In this document: positions 26,357 to 39,794 of the stretch, piece by piece | How the letters are laid out: the number at the start of each line of letters is the position of its first letter | Numbering within the stretch: the first letter of the stretch is position 1 | Assembly (NCBI GenBank): GCA_002633005.1 | Contig: NMRA01000011.1 | Span: forward strand, 1,990,477 to 2,054,476 | Length of the DNA stretch: 64,000 nt | Source: Phoronis australis | Taxonomy: Eukaryota; Animalia; Phoronida | Direction: 5' to 3' | Translations under genes and position numbers: made by a program | Notes under the pieces: generated by a model | Told to the model about the DNA's origin: nothing | What the model saw: only the letters and a program-made list of their open reading frames with translations | Database searches by the model: none

Positions 26357-26999
26357 TATGTACTAGCATTTGCCAACTACTAAATCATCATAGTTCAATA
26401 TCAGCTATTTAACTTATAATCAGATTGTGTTTGCGTATTTTTACTTTTTCCGCTCATATTTTCGAGTGTTTTACTTGAAATTTGGAGTCGCCTGGAGCTT
26501 AAGGTGTTCAGTTTGCGTCTTTTGCAGTGCATTATAAATGGACGGTGTCTAAAGTCAACCACTGTCTCTCATTCTAATAGCATTGCTACAACAAATTTAT
26601 TCTTTGATTAACCAATCTTTTTTACAGTTTTAAGCACCAAATCCCAGTCTTGTTCACAACCTAAGTAACATGTACTCTGCTCGTGACTGACTGACCTATT
26701 ATTCCATATATGTCTCGCAGTGCTAAAGAAGGAAATATGCATCGCCCAATAATGGAATCTCGCGCAAAGTTAAGCAAAACTCGTTCAATTTATTGAACAC
26801 TTAACCAACATTAGATATATATGTTTTTCTCTTGAGGTTTGCAGTGCATCATTCTTGCGCATCGATATACGTCATTCGGCCTGAGCAGTAGTGCTTCACG
26901 GATTTTTTGACCGAACTTTTTCATTCAATCGTTCGTGTTTCTAGGCAACAAACAGCGTGATCAAATGGATGAAGTTTGTGGTTAAGGACATCTCAAACT

Positions 27000-29071
27000 T
27001 TAAATATTCACAAAGTTCGACATTTTAACTATATTTCGCTTATGTCTAGCAAAATACCTTATCTTCATTCTCGGGTAACTTCAAATACGAAATACAAGTA
27101 TATACCATGTAGCGAGAAAAAATATTTTGCAGAACCATTCATTTTCACTTGTCCCAGTTTAATCGTTTTTTGGCTTCAGTGAATCGACTTACCGTATTCG
27201 CTATAAATAAGCGCCCAGGGCGCTTAGAAAAATTCGTTTCGGGGGGCGCTTATTGCAACGTAAGGTGGTTGAAACTGTTCTGCGAAACGGGTGAAATTGG
27301 AAGCTAGGGTTTATCAAATTTACGCTGTGACGTATCTGTAACTTATGACAGACTTTCTACAAAATTTTGGTGCATTGCTTTCAAACTTCATTGTTAAAAA
27401 CAGTCATTTTTCAAAAAATTGTGCTGAAATCCCGTGGCGAAAACTCGCTGACTGATGCATCACTGCCTCGCGATCGTCGATATGGCAACTTGAATTCTTG
27501 AATAAACATACGGTTTCGACTCAACAAATTACCTGAAACCCTCCTTAAGTTCTTGTGGTGTCGTGATTAACCACAGATTAAGTCCAAATCTGCGCTACAT
27601 CATACGACGCAACACAAGAAAAATCTCTGGATGAACACTTGTTGTCACGTGATGTTTGTTTTGAAGTTTGTTGGCATGTGTGTGAGCGAGCGTGTGCGTG
27701 TCATTAGAGTTCATTTGCCAGAGTAAACTCAATGTAACGATGTAGGCGTGCATTGTAACTCAAGCAGTAAAGCAGAAGGTGTTGTATTTACCACTTGCTG
27801 TTCTCATCTGCTAAAAAATGTTCGAGAATTGTCTTGGTAAGGCTGATATTAAATGTCATTGAGTCGGCGGGTGATTGGTTGCGTGATAGTCTAACAGATA
27901 TGTTCGGGGAGATTCAGGGTCTTAGGGTGCAGAAGTGATCACTATCAGTCAGTGGCTTATTTTGACTTTAAAAATGCCAATTAAGATTAAGTAAATAATT
28001 CATCTAAAAATAACGCGAAGTTTTTTTACGGTATTAGAAACTTTCAGAAATTAGTGCCAATATTTATTTCTTGCTGATGCTATGCTACCCGTTTCATGAG
28101 ATAGTTCCAGTTCCAGACTAATGTCTTCGATGACAGGTACATGTAGCGCACATTTCCTGGCCACGTGCTTTTAACGCTGATCACATTTTTTTTTAGTCTT
28201 CGATTCGTGGTTTTCACGTGTAGAAAGAAATTTGGATTCAGTTGAGGGTGAAGAACTGTATGGGGAAGATACAATTCCATTGACAAGTATGCTCCAGACC
28301 ATAGTGAGACACATTCCTCGCAACATCAGCAAAACTTTTGCATTCTTTTTGAAACAGGACGAAAGTTTGAAGTGTATACTCATGGCTAAATACCGACATA
28401 GCAGTGAGGCTCGTGGTCTACAAATTCCGCACACAACGTTTTTTCAGGACTGTCAGATCTTATTGATAAATTGAAGATGTAACTGTAGAATAAGAACTGT
28501 TACAGGTAAGGCATTCTTCGCATGTACCCGTTCATGGGAGCGCTTATATGGGCATGGGCACTTATTAGGCTGAATATGGTAATTTGAACTTAGGAACATG
28601 ATTTCTCGAAAATGACTTGGTGGATTTCTCTGAAATTTTCCAAACTTATATTTATTCATCAGTCTACAAAATGCTGTTTGGATTTTCGGTATAAAGGCCT
28701 AGTTTTTGCATAATGTAACAAATACAAATACGACGTCTATTTTTTCCAAAAATACCTTGTGAGTTGATTTGTCATAGAAACCTAACGAAACGACTAATCA
28801 AAAATTCCTAAGATCATTTTTGCTGCAAGTGGTGAAGTTTTTATTTGAAGAAGGTGTGATTAAAAATTGATTGAGGACATATTTTGCGATGAATGTACCT
28901 TAATTTCTTAAAAGTTAAATTTTGACTTTAATTAGAGTTTTAACTTAATTAATAGTTTGTAAATATAAATCATTTTTTATATTCCCTGATCTTTTTTCTT
29001 TCAGAAAATATATGCTCTAACTAGTTGACAAAGCTTAGTGTTTTGATATACAAGTTAGAATGGAGGCCACT
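27000..29071 (+). repeat. Dispersed repeat copy A, split by the 27192 element
   Basis: 27044-27137, 27140-27190 and 28582-29071 match 53594-53677, about 54398-54452 and 54453-55043. Both copies end gttagaatggaggccact. Confidence 0.8.
27192..28579 (+). mobile_element. Tc2-like non-autonomous element with TA TSD, nested in an older repeat
   Basis: TA|ccgtattcg...taagcgccc at the left; gggcacttattaggctgaatatgg|TA at the right. The flanks join to rebuild the sequence seen uninterrupted at about 54400-54470. Confidence 0.75.
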
Positions 29072-31549
29072 GTATAAGGTTTAAGATAAGTCCTAGAATT
29101 TTGGCTAGTATTTTTTCGTCATGTATGTATTTACTCCTATTTCAAAGTGGCTACTCATTCGAATACAGTTTGTCGGTTAGAGTCTGAGTGCGGGTTCAAG
29201 TTTCACAACTGGCGTTAGGACTTAGGACTATGGCAAATCTTTTACACTTCTGGTCTTTGTACTTCAACTTCAAAGGTTAACTGTCTGTGCATGGGTTAAG
29301 TTTTTGCTGGGTGTATTTCTCGGCATTCATCTTATGTCACACAACAGGGAGGTATTCCCCTAAAATCATGGCTGCTACTAATTGTCGATGGTCCACTTGA
29401 TTCCTGGTAAAATAGAGGGTATTAGTATGTAATCTCTAGTTATGACCACATATTTATCGAACTATAACAACAGGTTGTAGGCTTTAATAAAATTTATTAA
29501 TAAGAAGTGTTAAGATCCTTTGTTTAACCATCGCCGAGATTTTCTTGAAACAGGCTGTCTTTCTCGGCCCTGCCATCCAAGCCATCCTTTTTCAAGACTG
29601 GCCGTTCCAATGACGGCCGCTAGATGAGCCCAGTGTTTTACCATATTGCTGCAAATGGTCAAAGTTTAGATAGTGTTAGTTGGTATTATCATTTGAATTT
29701 TCTTGAAAAGTTATTTGGTAAGAAATTTGACAAAAGGAAATTTCACTTGATGTCTGCCATATTGTTTTGAAACTGAAGAATTCTTGCAATAATTTCCTGA
29801 AAACGGTCGTGAGTTGACTGTTGGAAATTAAAATTGACTACGAGCTGACTTCCATGTTTCCAACTGCATGTGTTCAGTGATGTGTTTTTTTTCTAATTCC
29901 TTTGGGATTCCTAGTAAATTACCAAATTACATTTGGTCTCCAAGGTTTGATTACAGCAATGATTCTTTAGTGAAGGAGAGAGTAAGGCAGAAAAGTGGAT
30001 TTTCATTGCTATTATCATCTGCACTAACAAACGTGAGCCAAACTTTTTATTTGTTTTACTTTTGCCTTAGAAAAATTTCATCTGGAATTTTTTTCTGTAA
30101 CCTGCATTGTGGTTACACCAAAGTGTTTTTAAGTTGCATGGTGTACAAGAACACACAGCTGAGTGGCGAGTGCGTTCAGGTCAAGGATGCTCCAAGTCTT
30201 AAAATATCTGGCATCACTGGAATATGGAATTGCCTTATAGATTTTTATGATTATTAATGTATGATTAAACATTTTCCGTTTGTTACAGATGCCAAAGTTC
30301 TCAAATTTCAATGTGTTTCAAAGCGAATGTGATTTCTTTGGTTTGTCTTTTAAAAAGCCTGTGGCACAGTGTTTATTGTGATTTTTGTAGTTGTCAATAT
30401 TGGACATGACAGTCAAGAGTGTTAAATAGTTTGCCTTTCACACTCATCCATTTTGGAAAGAAAATAAATACACATTTCTTATTGCATTTCCTAGGCTTCC
30501 TTCAGAATTGACAGCAACATCTCAGGTTTGATTGATTTTGTTCCCTGGATTGTCTGGCAGATAATAGGATTAATGGATTTTCTGATGAATGATAAAACAA
30601 AAGATCTATCTATTCATTATCATGTTAGATGTCTTAGCAGTCTCACTGGTTATGGTTTGGAGGATGACATGTGATTTCATTAAGGTTATGTTTAGTACGG
30701 ACCAAAAGTATTCTGACGGAAAAAATGACCCAGAATTCCCCACAATGACGGCTGGGTGGAAGCCGAATTCATCGTCGGAGTAAATCTTCCCTCATGACCG
30801 AGAGTGAAGGGGATTTAAAAGTTAAGATATTGGAGTGGCTAAGCCATTCTCTGTGTGTAATTAGAATTTTGGTGCACTAATGATTATCTCCAGTCTTAGA
30901 ATTAGCCGTCATGAGGGGAAATAGTATTTTGTCTGATTACCTTTGTCTTGTACTGTAGGACCCAAGAAAACGTACTTCTGAGTCTTGGAAATGCCTGATC
31001 AGATTCACGATTTCGTAACTATTATATACAGTAACTGTGCGTTATGCCCGGTTTTCCAGTGTTTTTGTTTGAGAGTTATAAACAATCGGGAATGGAAACA
31101 AAGTATAGATTTATAACAAATCCTGTCAAAAAATCCGTGAAATTTTGCCCTAGTCAAATGATGTAGTAATTTGTAGGAAAATTCAATCGGTGCAAATTTC
31201 ACATTAAAAATTTGTTTGACTTGAGCTGTCTATATATTTATTATCATTTAGGTTTCTATAAAATGAAAAACATCGAAATAATTCCGACTTGGTACGAGAT
31301 TCCAAATGCTGATTCCGGTTTGTTCAAACACTTAGTATGGAATTTGCGGCAAATTAGGGAAAACTAGGTCGGCCAAAAGACGACTTGTGACCCTGTCATG
31401 CATGTCACTGGTCAGAGGCATAAAACAATGTGGCTTTTAAATAACAGGTTCTTTTGAAAAATGAATTAGTTGTTGCTAGAATGAGAGTTTGACTTACTTA
31501 TGGACTGTGTACTCTCGAGTTCCGAATAGTTGTAGAGTCAGCAAATAAG

Positions 31550-31980
31550 TATAGACCGGAAATTTTCACGATTTCTAATAACGGTAGAGACTCATAATAG
31601 TATAGACCCAACATTTTTGACACTTAAGAAAAGTAGAATATTAGTATAGACCGGAAATTGGCGGTAAAATTAATAATGGTATAGAATGGAATAATGGTAT
31701 AGACGGCAAATTTGTGGAAATTTAAACATAGTATAAACTGAAATAATAATATTGATTACAAATTTGAGTAAAATCTAATAATGAAATAGAAGGAAATAAT
31801 AGTGTAAAATAGCAAATTCTAGGGAATAATGGTATAGACGGGAAATTACTTTTTGTGGAAAATTATAAATAATACAGACTGGAATAATAACATTGATTAC
31901 AAATTTGTGTAAAATCTAATAACGGTAGATGGAAATAACAGAAAGTGCAGATGGGAATAATAGTACAAAGAAGCAAATTC
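31550..31980. repeat. Degenerate short-period array (aataatggtatagacggaaat-like)
   Basis: The motif aataat(a/g)gtatagac recurs about ten times with variable spacing. Confidence 0.65.
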
Positions 31981-32614
31981 TGTCTGACTTACCACCGTTT
32001 TAAGTAATTGTTTCAAAGAAAAACCTTTAAACGGAACATTGGCATAGTTAAATTATTGCAGTAGTGTATCCACCCATGTAGTAACATAGTACAGTCAAGT
32101 GGAGTAAGTGCCATTGCTAAAACAAAGACCATTTGTTTATACAATAACTTTAAATAGAAGTCTAATAATACAGATGTGTTTCAAACAGTATGTGGAATCA
32201 TTTTACTCAAAAAAAGAATGTGGCATTGGTACTAGAGATGCCAATTTTGACTAAGTACAAAAACTACTAACAGGGAGGTAAAGATTTTAGCAGCAACGTC
32301 CAGTCTTCTATGAAGCCGACAGTCTGAATAAAGACAATCAAGTGTCTTGGTAAAAGGAGTCACATTTTTATCATACGGTACCGTACATGTTCTTGACAGT
32401 CGAGCCTTTGTTTTCTCTCAATCTCATGTCTTGCACAACGTTCATAGTCAATACCCTCGTAATGTTAGTCAGAATTCGATGTCAAAAAGTCGGTACACCC
32501 AAAATTTTACACGGCCAGAAATTGAGAATTCTTGCAGAATTGCCCAACATAAGAGTCCAGGACTACGACTATGTCCACCATCAGAATATTTAATTAGGTA
32601 TAATAAACACTTAA

Positions 32615-33228
32615 AGGCGAAGGCATCCTTTTTCCATGTCATTTTGAGCTAAAATAAGGTTGGTTGGATATCCTAGACATATTTTTCACTTATTTACAGC
32701 TTTTCGTAATTTTATTAATTATTCGTCCGCTTTTCCGGAAGTGACGTTTTAGGAGGCAAGCGCTTCCCGCCAATTTCTTTTCACATAGTCTGACTGTGAG
32801 AGCTGCCGAGTCAGTCATTGTTCTACCTCGGTTGTGTTAAGTTCCGTCGTCGTTCGCTTTCATTTACTAGTCAGTCAACATGCCACACTGTTGCTGCGTA
32901 CCGGGATGTAGTAATTATCGGCTCACGCGCGCTTTGGGAGTGCCTTTGCATCGCTTTCCGATGGATGACACACTTCGCCGTACTTGGCTCGTTCGTGTGA
33001 AGAACGCAGCGTTACCCGTCCACGCAACGTACAAAGCAGTGGAGAATTACCGTGTGTGTGGCAAGCACTTTCTGCCGTCCGATTACGAAAGGGATTTGTA
33101 CGCTGAACTGATGAAGGTCCCCGCGAAACAACGCTTGAAGAAGGATGCCATTCCGTCTGTGTTGATTCCCGGCAGTGCCCCGTCGCCACCCCCGAGAAGT
33201 GCGTTTTTGAAGCGAGAAGCCTCGCGAG
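32615..33228 (+). mobile_element. Left end of a young Kolobok-like element running into an assembly gap
   Basis: TTAA|AGGCGAAGGC terminus; colinear with the element at 12790; CpG-rich and little decayed. Confidence 0.85.
32880..33228 (+). CDS. Intact THAP zinc-finger N-terminus of a Kolobok-like transposase, truncated by the gap
   Basis: MPHCCCVPGCSN...LHRFP.D..LRRTW...RVCGKHF...RLKKDAIPSV: the full C2CH THAP signature with conserved P, W, F and an AVPTIF-like box. No stops before the N run. Confidence 0.85.
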
Positions 33229-34189
33229 NNNNNNNNNNNNNNNNNNNNNNNNNNNNNNNNNNNNNNNNNNNNNNNNNNNNNNNNNNNNNNNNNNNNNNNN
33301 NNNNNNNNNNNNNNNNNNNNNNNNNNNNNNNNNNNNNNNNNNNNNNNNNNNNNNNNNNNNNNNNNNNNNNNNNNNNNNNNNNNNNNNNNNNNNNNNNNNN
33401 NNNNNNNNNNNNNNNNNNNNNNNNNNNNNNNNNNNNNNNNNNNNNNNNNNNNNNNNNNNNNNNNNNNNNNNNNNNNNNNNNNNNNNNNNNNNNNNNNNNN
33501 NNNNNNNNNNNNNNNNNNNNNNNNNNNNNNNNNNNNNNNNNNNNNNNNNNNNNNNNNNNNNNNNNNNNNNNNNNNNNNNNNNNNNNNNNNNNNNNNNNNN
33601 NNNNNNNNNNNNNNNNNNNNNNNNNNNNNNNNNNNNNNNNNNNNNNNNNNNNNNNNNNNNNNNNNNNNNNNNNNNNNNNNNNNNNNNNNNNNNNNNNNNN
33701 NNNNNNNNNNNNNNNNNNNNNNNNNNNNNNNNNNNNNNNNNNNNNNNNNNNNNNNNNNNNNNNNNNNNNNNNNNNNNNNNNNNNNNNNNNNNNNNNNNNN
33801 NNNNNNNNNNNNNNNNNNNNNNNNNNNNNNNNNNNNNNNNNNNNNNNNNNNNNNNNNNNNNNNNNNNNNNNNNNNNNNNNNNNNNNNNNNNNNNNNNNNN
33901 NNNNNNNNNNNNNNNNNNNNNNNNNNNNNNNNNNNNNNNNNNNNNNNNNNNNNNNNNNNNNNNNNNNNNNNNNNNNNNNNNNNNNNNNNNNNNNNNNNNN
34001 NNNNNNNNNNNNNNNNNNNNNNNNNNNNNNNNNNNNNNNNNNNNNNNNNNNNNNNNNNNNNNNNNNNNNNNNNNNNNNNNNNNNNNNNNNNNNNNNNNNN
34101 NNNNNNNNNNNNNNNNNNNNNNNNNNNNNNNNNNNNNNNNNNNNNNNNNNNNNNNNNNNNNNNNNNNNNNNNNNNNNNNNNNNNNNNNC
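33229..34189. other. Assembly gap (N run)
   Basis: 961 consecutive N. Confidence 1.
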
Positions 34190-34657
34190 CAAATCATGCC
34201 CGATATCCAGCCTTTGAAATGGTCAATGTGAACCTTTCCGCGACAAAAATCGGGAGGACTAAAAAAAAACAAAAAACAAAACCACACCACCATCAGTAGC
34301 ATGCGTCTGCGTCCTTTTCGCTCGCCCGTCCGCTCCCAACCCGCACAATTTTGGCTGCAGAGCGGTAGTATTTGTCGCCACGCTTAACAATAACACGAGC
34401 CGCCATTGAAAATCACACCACGCTAAAATTTACCCAGATGCCCCGGCAATGTTGACAATTTACGTTCCTCCGAAACATAAAGAGCAACTTCCGCTTTCCG
34501 AGGTGAACATCGTCTGCAACGCCGCGGTAAGAAAGGAATTTGCCGCGGAAATTTCATATCAAATCCGATTTTTTTACGCGGAAATATTATAAAAAAAGCG
34601 GAAAGCACATTTTAAAAAAGCGGAAATCCGCGTTTCCGCGGAAAATTCACAGCCCTG
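34190..34657 (+). mobile_element. Right part of a hAT-like element
   Basis: Repeated ccgcggaaa subterminal motifs ending ttcacagccctg. Related sequence lies inverted near 9030-9090. Confidence 0.55.
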
Positions 34658-34659
34658 AA

Positions 34660-34835
34660 GATTAATTGCCCAGGGCAGTTGTCTCTCGTATTAAGCGCCC
34701 ATGTTCGGTTAACTGCCCATCCCCTACTTTATTTGGATTTTCGATTTAACCGCCCACTGCTCGGTTAACCGTCCTCCCCCGATTGTTTGGATTCGCCAAT
34801 TTAACCGCCCAGGGCGTTAACCCGAACGATTACGG
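34660..34835 (+). mobile_element. Short Tc2-like MITE remnant
   Basis: An inverted copy of the 26190-26330 subterminal block, followed by gggcgttaacccgaacgattacgg|TA. Confidence 0.6.
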
Positions 34836-34871
34836 TAGGTCTCTCTAATAGTATCGAATTACAATTGTTAT

Positions 34872-34940
34872 TGTGGTGGTGCAGTGGTAAAGCAATTGCG
34901 TGCTCTATTCGCCAGGTCGTGAGTTCGAGTCTGTGGCAAT
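34872..34940 (+). mobile_element. tRNA-derived SINE head or tRNA pseudogene
   Basis: Pol III A box TGGTGCAGTGG (34877-34887) and B box GTTCGAGTC (34923-34931) at tRNA-like spacing, followed by a T run. No convincing cloverleaf. Confidence 0.45.
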
Positions 34941-36857
34941 TGCAGTTTTTCAAGTTCGACACGTTCTCCGTTTTTTTTGGATAATACTTCAGGAATCAAG
35001 GAAAATATTTGATTTTTAAAGAAAAAAACAGAATAAATTTCCTGGGTGGGAGGGGGGTTTGCCCTCCTCCCGACCTCCCCCCATTCGGTACTATGCGCAT
35101 CTACTTAATCGTGCTTTGCGCAAATGTTTACAGACAAAATGTTGGGCCCCCATCTTGTGATATCCTAGATCCGCCACTGAAACAAATCAATTCACGTGCA
35201 TTTCCATTTATTTGGACGGGAGAGCAAGTAGAAACCAATTTCAATAAAGATATCGACTGGATTGTCGAACGTTAGCAACTATGTCGTTTTCAAGATTGTC
35301 ACAAATCCATTCTTCCTGTTGATCAAAACAATCTATTCTCAAGTTTGGAGTGAATTGTAAAAATGCTGATGTCCGATGTTGTCAGCAACTTGTCGGTATT
35401 TTGTTGATTGAAAGGTTTGGCACCGTTCATTAATTGCATGGGTGTTTGCGCTTCGTTGACTGGCCACGTTATCACCACGGTCCATATCTGCAGCTGGATT
35501 ATTTGTCGTACCAGCATCTCGTTCAATGTTTGTATCTGGAACATCCCTCGGATTGTGAAATAATCCTCGAGTTCTTTAGACCTTTGCACGACAGACGACG
35601 TGATTAAGTGTGTAGAATGCGCATGTCAGTCATGACGGAATCCGCAGAAGACTCTGGCTGTGCAAAATCCCGGAATTACTCCCCCGGAAACGCAAACGTC
35701 GGGGACAGACACAGTGAAGAGTTGTAACGGCTTGCCAGTTTTTTACAGGGTGTAATAATAAATATTGGATCAGCCAAAGGAACTCGTTGAAAGCGTTTTT
35801 ATTCATATGTATGTTAAGCCGCCAGTAACACCGATCTGTGTCACGGGGTGCGCGTAAGATTGAAAAATGCTCTAAGAAAGCAGTTTTTGTGCATTAAATT
35901 TATAATTTCTGAAATTACCGTTGGCTTATTTATTTGAGCGACTGCTGACCAGCCGTTGATATTGAGAAAGTGGTCATCATTTCAAGCTTTTTTAAATTTT
36001 GCCAACCCTTTTAATTCTTACCGATCCCGTCGAACCCGTCCAAAATAACATTCTGGCCGTGCAAGAGACGGACGCTGCGTAAACCCTTGCTTGAGAGTCC
36101 AATTATTTTACTCTTTGAAATGTTCGGTTGGGTGTTTTAGTGAATAAAATCTATTAATGTGTATGACATGTGACTTCGCTGTGTAACTTGGAGTCTTATA
36201 TAGCTCTTCTAAATTACAAACTCTGAATTGGGAGTCTCGTGGTCTAGAGGTTTTGAGTGACTTCACTTCGTCTTAGGAACAAGGTCCGATACCTGGTGTC
36301 AGCAGCAAAGTTTTTGTGTAACAAATTTGTATTGAATGAAACAAAAATTGTGAACGTGCTGAACCAAATAATCGTGGAGCGTGGAAAGAGGTTAGGAAGT
36401 TTATAAACGTTGGCCTGCATCAGCTTGAACAATATTCTGTCCAAAAAGCCTAAAAATTCTATGATATGGTCGACTGATTACCCGGGAACTGAAAAAATTG
36501 GCGGTGGAGGGTGCAAACAAAGAGAAGAATAAAAAATTATCTGACCACAACTTCGTATCTGCCAGTTTGGTTGCAACAGCTGGCTACATTCCTATATGAA
36601 TATTTGCATTTGCATACCATCTGTGGTGTACTCGTGGATGCATTTCAATGTCTTGTGTTGCTCTGTGCTGGAGAATGAGGTCATCTTTGGTTTCTGAATC
36701 AAATAATTGAGGGCTTTTCCAAGTCGTAATTTTTTTAGCATAATATATTGATTGAAAGATGTGCCCAACTTGACAGGAAATTTTTGATACCTCAGCTCAT
36801 TTTCTTTAAAAAAATGGTTTTCAGAACAATTTGTTAAACCAGTGTTTTCTGTCTCAC

Positions 36858-37388
36858 GGTCGCTTTCCCATTAGGGGAACTTTGGTTTAACGAAGCTTCG
36901 CCGAAGCTTACATTTCCCACTTAACAACGATATCAAAGTTATCACTATGACAACAGATGACGCAGTCCATTAATACTCTCAAATGAATATCGAGTGTTTG
37001 GTTCGAGGTTAACTGAAAATTGTTCGCCTGCCATTTATGAGACAGTGTTTATGAAAATGATCAGTGACATTCTTCATCAAAACCTACTTTCTTTTATTTA
37101 TTTACATCCGTCTATTAAGAGCATGTTAGCTATGCTACAATAACAAAGAACGCGTGTTGCGAGTCTCGCGTGATCGTATATCGTTGCTGAGACCTCTATC
37201 GCCAACTTGGATGAAGCTTCACTTTGACTGTTCCCACTACACCGAAGTTTCAGTAAATACCGAAGCTTCACTTTTAAATCCTTCTGTTTTAAGCAAAGTT
37301 TCGCTTGCAGATGAACTACAGTAGTTAACCTTTCCAACTTACAGAAACTTCGGTAAAAGCGAAGTTTCGGCTCTAATGAGAAAGTGTC
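36858..37388. mobile_element. Harbinger-like MITE
   Basis: Ends ggtcgctttcccattagg ... ctctaatgagaaagtgtc, with internal cgaagcttcg palindromes. A related copy lies in the opposite orientation at about 44250-44572. Confidence 0.6.
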
Positions 37389-38410
37389 TTGAAAAGCTGG
37401 CTTGATTTACACCATAATTGTCTTGCCTTATGTGCATTGTCCTCTGCTCTCTTAAACTCCTTCCAGGAGGCTCGTGAAATTTGGCAGGCATATTGCTATG
37501 AAGCTGAACACTTTACAGATCATGGCAACTTTTAGACAAACCAACCTATTGCTGTGCCCCCAAGTGGCAATTGTATTTAACTTTTGTTTGCCTGGGCTGC
37601 ATCAGCCTGAGTTCCTTGACAAATATTTATGAAACTTAGCAATTGTGTTTCTATTGGCATTGGCGACAATTATTTCTGACAGATTCCACATGTACTGTAC
37701 CTTCTAGTACCCCTTTCTGTGCTAAGCTCTAAAGACTATTGGGAAGTTTGGCAGAATTTTGTGTTGAGGATAAGCATGGATTTTTTCCAATGGTTCAGAA
37801 TGTTATGCCCTTTGATTCATTTTTTGTTTTTTATTTCTTCCTCTTAAGCAACTGACTGTCTTCAGCACAACTGGAACCTCCCCATTTTAATTTTGAAAGG
37901 TTGGCAAGTGTGTATTGAGGCAAAAATGTCATTTCTTTCCACTACCACAAACCACGTCTAATTTAAGTAATGATGAGTCTAGACCAATTTTGTAACTGAA
38001 GGTGGTCTTTGACGGCCATGTGTGTAAGCTTTCATTTAGCAAGAAAAATTAATAAAAATTTTTGTGCCACCGCAAGATGAACAAAGCAATGGGAGACCGC
38101 AATTATTTGTTCACTATTCTCCATTTACTTGATCTGACATCACTTAATTAAGCTAATTGGATACAGGGTTGGCTCTGGCTTTGCCTCTATTTTTTGGCCG
38201 AACAGAGGTCCCATTTGCTTATGAAAAGTATAAAAACCGTTTCAAATTCTTCCAAATATTCTCCAAGGATTGAAATTTCTCCTCGAGGTTAGAACCAATT
38301 TTGCAAGATGTTATTTTTGGCAGCATGAGGCATTGCAAAAGACGTGTGGCGGTCATGGGATACCAATTTGCATCTTCTTAGGGGTGTATGAGGACCCACT
38401 TGGCTACCTA

Positions 38411-38905
38411 CAGGCCTTTATGCAGCTTACTCCTGGGCGTCCAAATGGATGCCTTAGCACTAATCTTGAGGCCCTGGCAAGGACGCCCAATGTATCATTT
38501 GGACGCCCAATGTCAGTAGGAACCTTTCAAGTTTGGACTCGCACATTGTAATGAATACTAGGAAGCCTCTGAAGGCTCAAAGTGGGGGCTCTTTTTTCAA
38601 AGCAGGAAGAAATATACAATGAATACGGTATACAAAGTATATTCATTGTTGCTATTTTGACACTTGATTGACAGCATTGTAAAAGTCTTGGTCTACACAG
38701 TTTTTTTTTAGTAAAAATGCTCACCATAGAAGGCTGTTTTATAAACTTAGATGTAAAAACCTTGATCTATGCATTTTTTCTAAAAAAATATGTGTTTGGG
38801 GGTATTGCTGGGGGTGGGGGGTTACGCGTCGGAATCATGGACGCCCTGGAATATTGGAAACCCCATTTTGGACACCCTATTTTCAAAATCCTGGATCAAG
38901 GCCTG
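38411..38905. mobile_element. hAT MITE with 8-bp TSD
   Basis: TIR caggcctt ... aaggcctg; flanks gctaccta / gttaccta (7 of 8 match); ggacgccc subterminal repeats. Confidence 0.8.
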
Positions 38906-39614
38906 GTTACCTAATGTAAGCGTATAAAACTACTTCTTTTAAANTGACAGCATTGTAAAAGTCTTGGTCTCCGCAGTTTTTTTAGTAAAAATGCTCACCA
39001 TAGAAGGCTGTTTTATAAACTTAGATGTAAAAACCTTGATCTATGCATTTTTTCTAAAAAAATATGTGTTTGGGGGTATTGCTGGGGGTGGGGGGTTACG
39101 CGTCGGAATCATGGACGCCCTGGAATATTGGAAACCCCATTTTGGACACCCTATTTTCAAAATCCTGGATAAAGGCCTGGTTACCTAATGTAAGCGTATA
39201 AAACTACTTCTTTTAAAACCCTCGATAATCTTTGAATCTTATTATTTTATCATTATCTTCAAAAATAACATGCCCAGATATTCATAATCATGCTTACTTC
39301 TTGATTTTTTAACCTGAAATTTTTGCACAAAGTTTGCTAATTCATTTTCTTTCCTTTTAGGCTAAACATAACCAATAGGTTTTAGTCTACGACCACCTCA
39401 TTTTGAAATCTGAGCCTCATTGTTTAAAGAAAAGTTAAAAAGGCATGAGTCTGCATCATTTTTAGTCAAGTTTTCAGAGCCTATCCAAGATTTGAATGAA
39501 TTGGCTGGCAACTTAGCGACAATCGCGTATTTTATGACCTCATATTTGACTAAGTTTTAACTTGTGCTGGTTAACTGATCTGACACTATCACAAGTGTAT
39601 GAGTTGTCACATAC

Positions 39615-39794
39615 TGACACAGGGAAATTAACCATCCAAAAAGGTACAGAAATTTTGGACATCTGCTATTCCTGATGTCTTCCTCGGTGTGTACTCACTT
39701 CTATGTAGTCATTGCACTGAGGAAGACATCAGGAATGGGAAATGTCTGGTTTTTAACACTTTTATGGATGGTAAAACCGAATTTCTCTGTGTCA
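39615..39794. repeat. Inverted pair of Penelope-like terminal segments
   Basis: Arms of about 75-80 bp (ttcctgatgtcttcctcggtg / cactgaggaagacatcaggaa; tgacacagggaaatt / aatttctctgtgtca) around a ~25-bp loop. Confidence 0.6.

Noticed and set aside
32880-34302. 369-459 aa ORFs in the track
   Set aside because: Their length comes from reading through the N gap. Only the + strand THAP portion is real.
34872-34940. Functional tRNA gene
   Set aside because: A and B boxes are present, but acceptor and anticodon stems cannot be formed convincingly.
38669-39217. Near-perfect ~275-bp tandem duplication with duplicated ORFs
   Set aside because: The copies abut exactly at a single N (38944) and differ by only a few bases. 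This fits an uncollapsed contig or haplotype overlap rather than real duplication.
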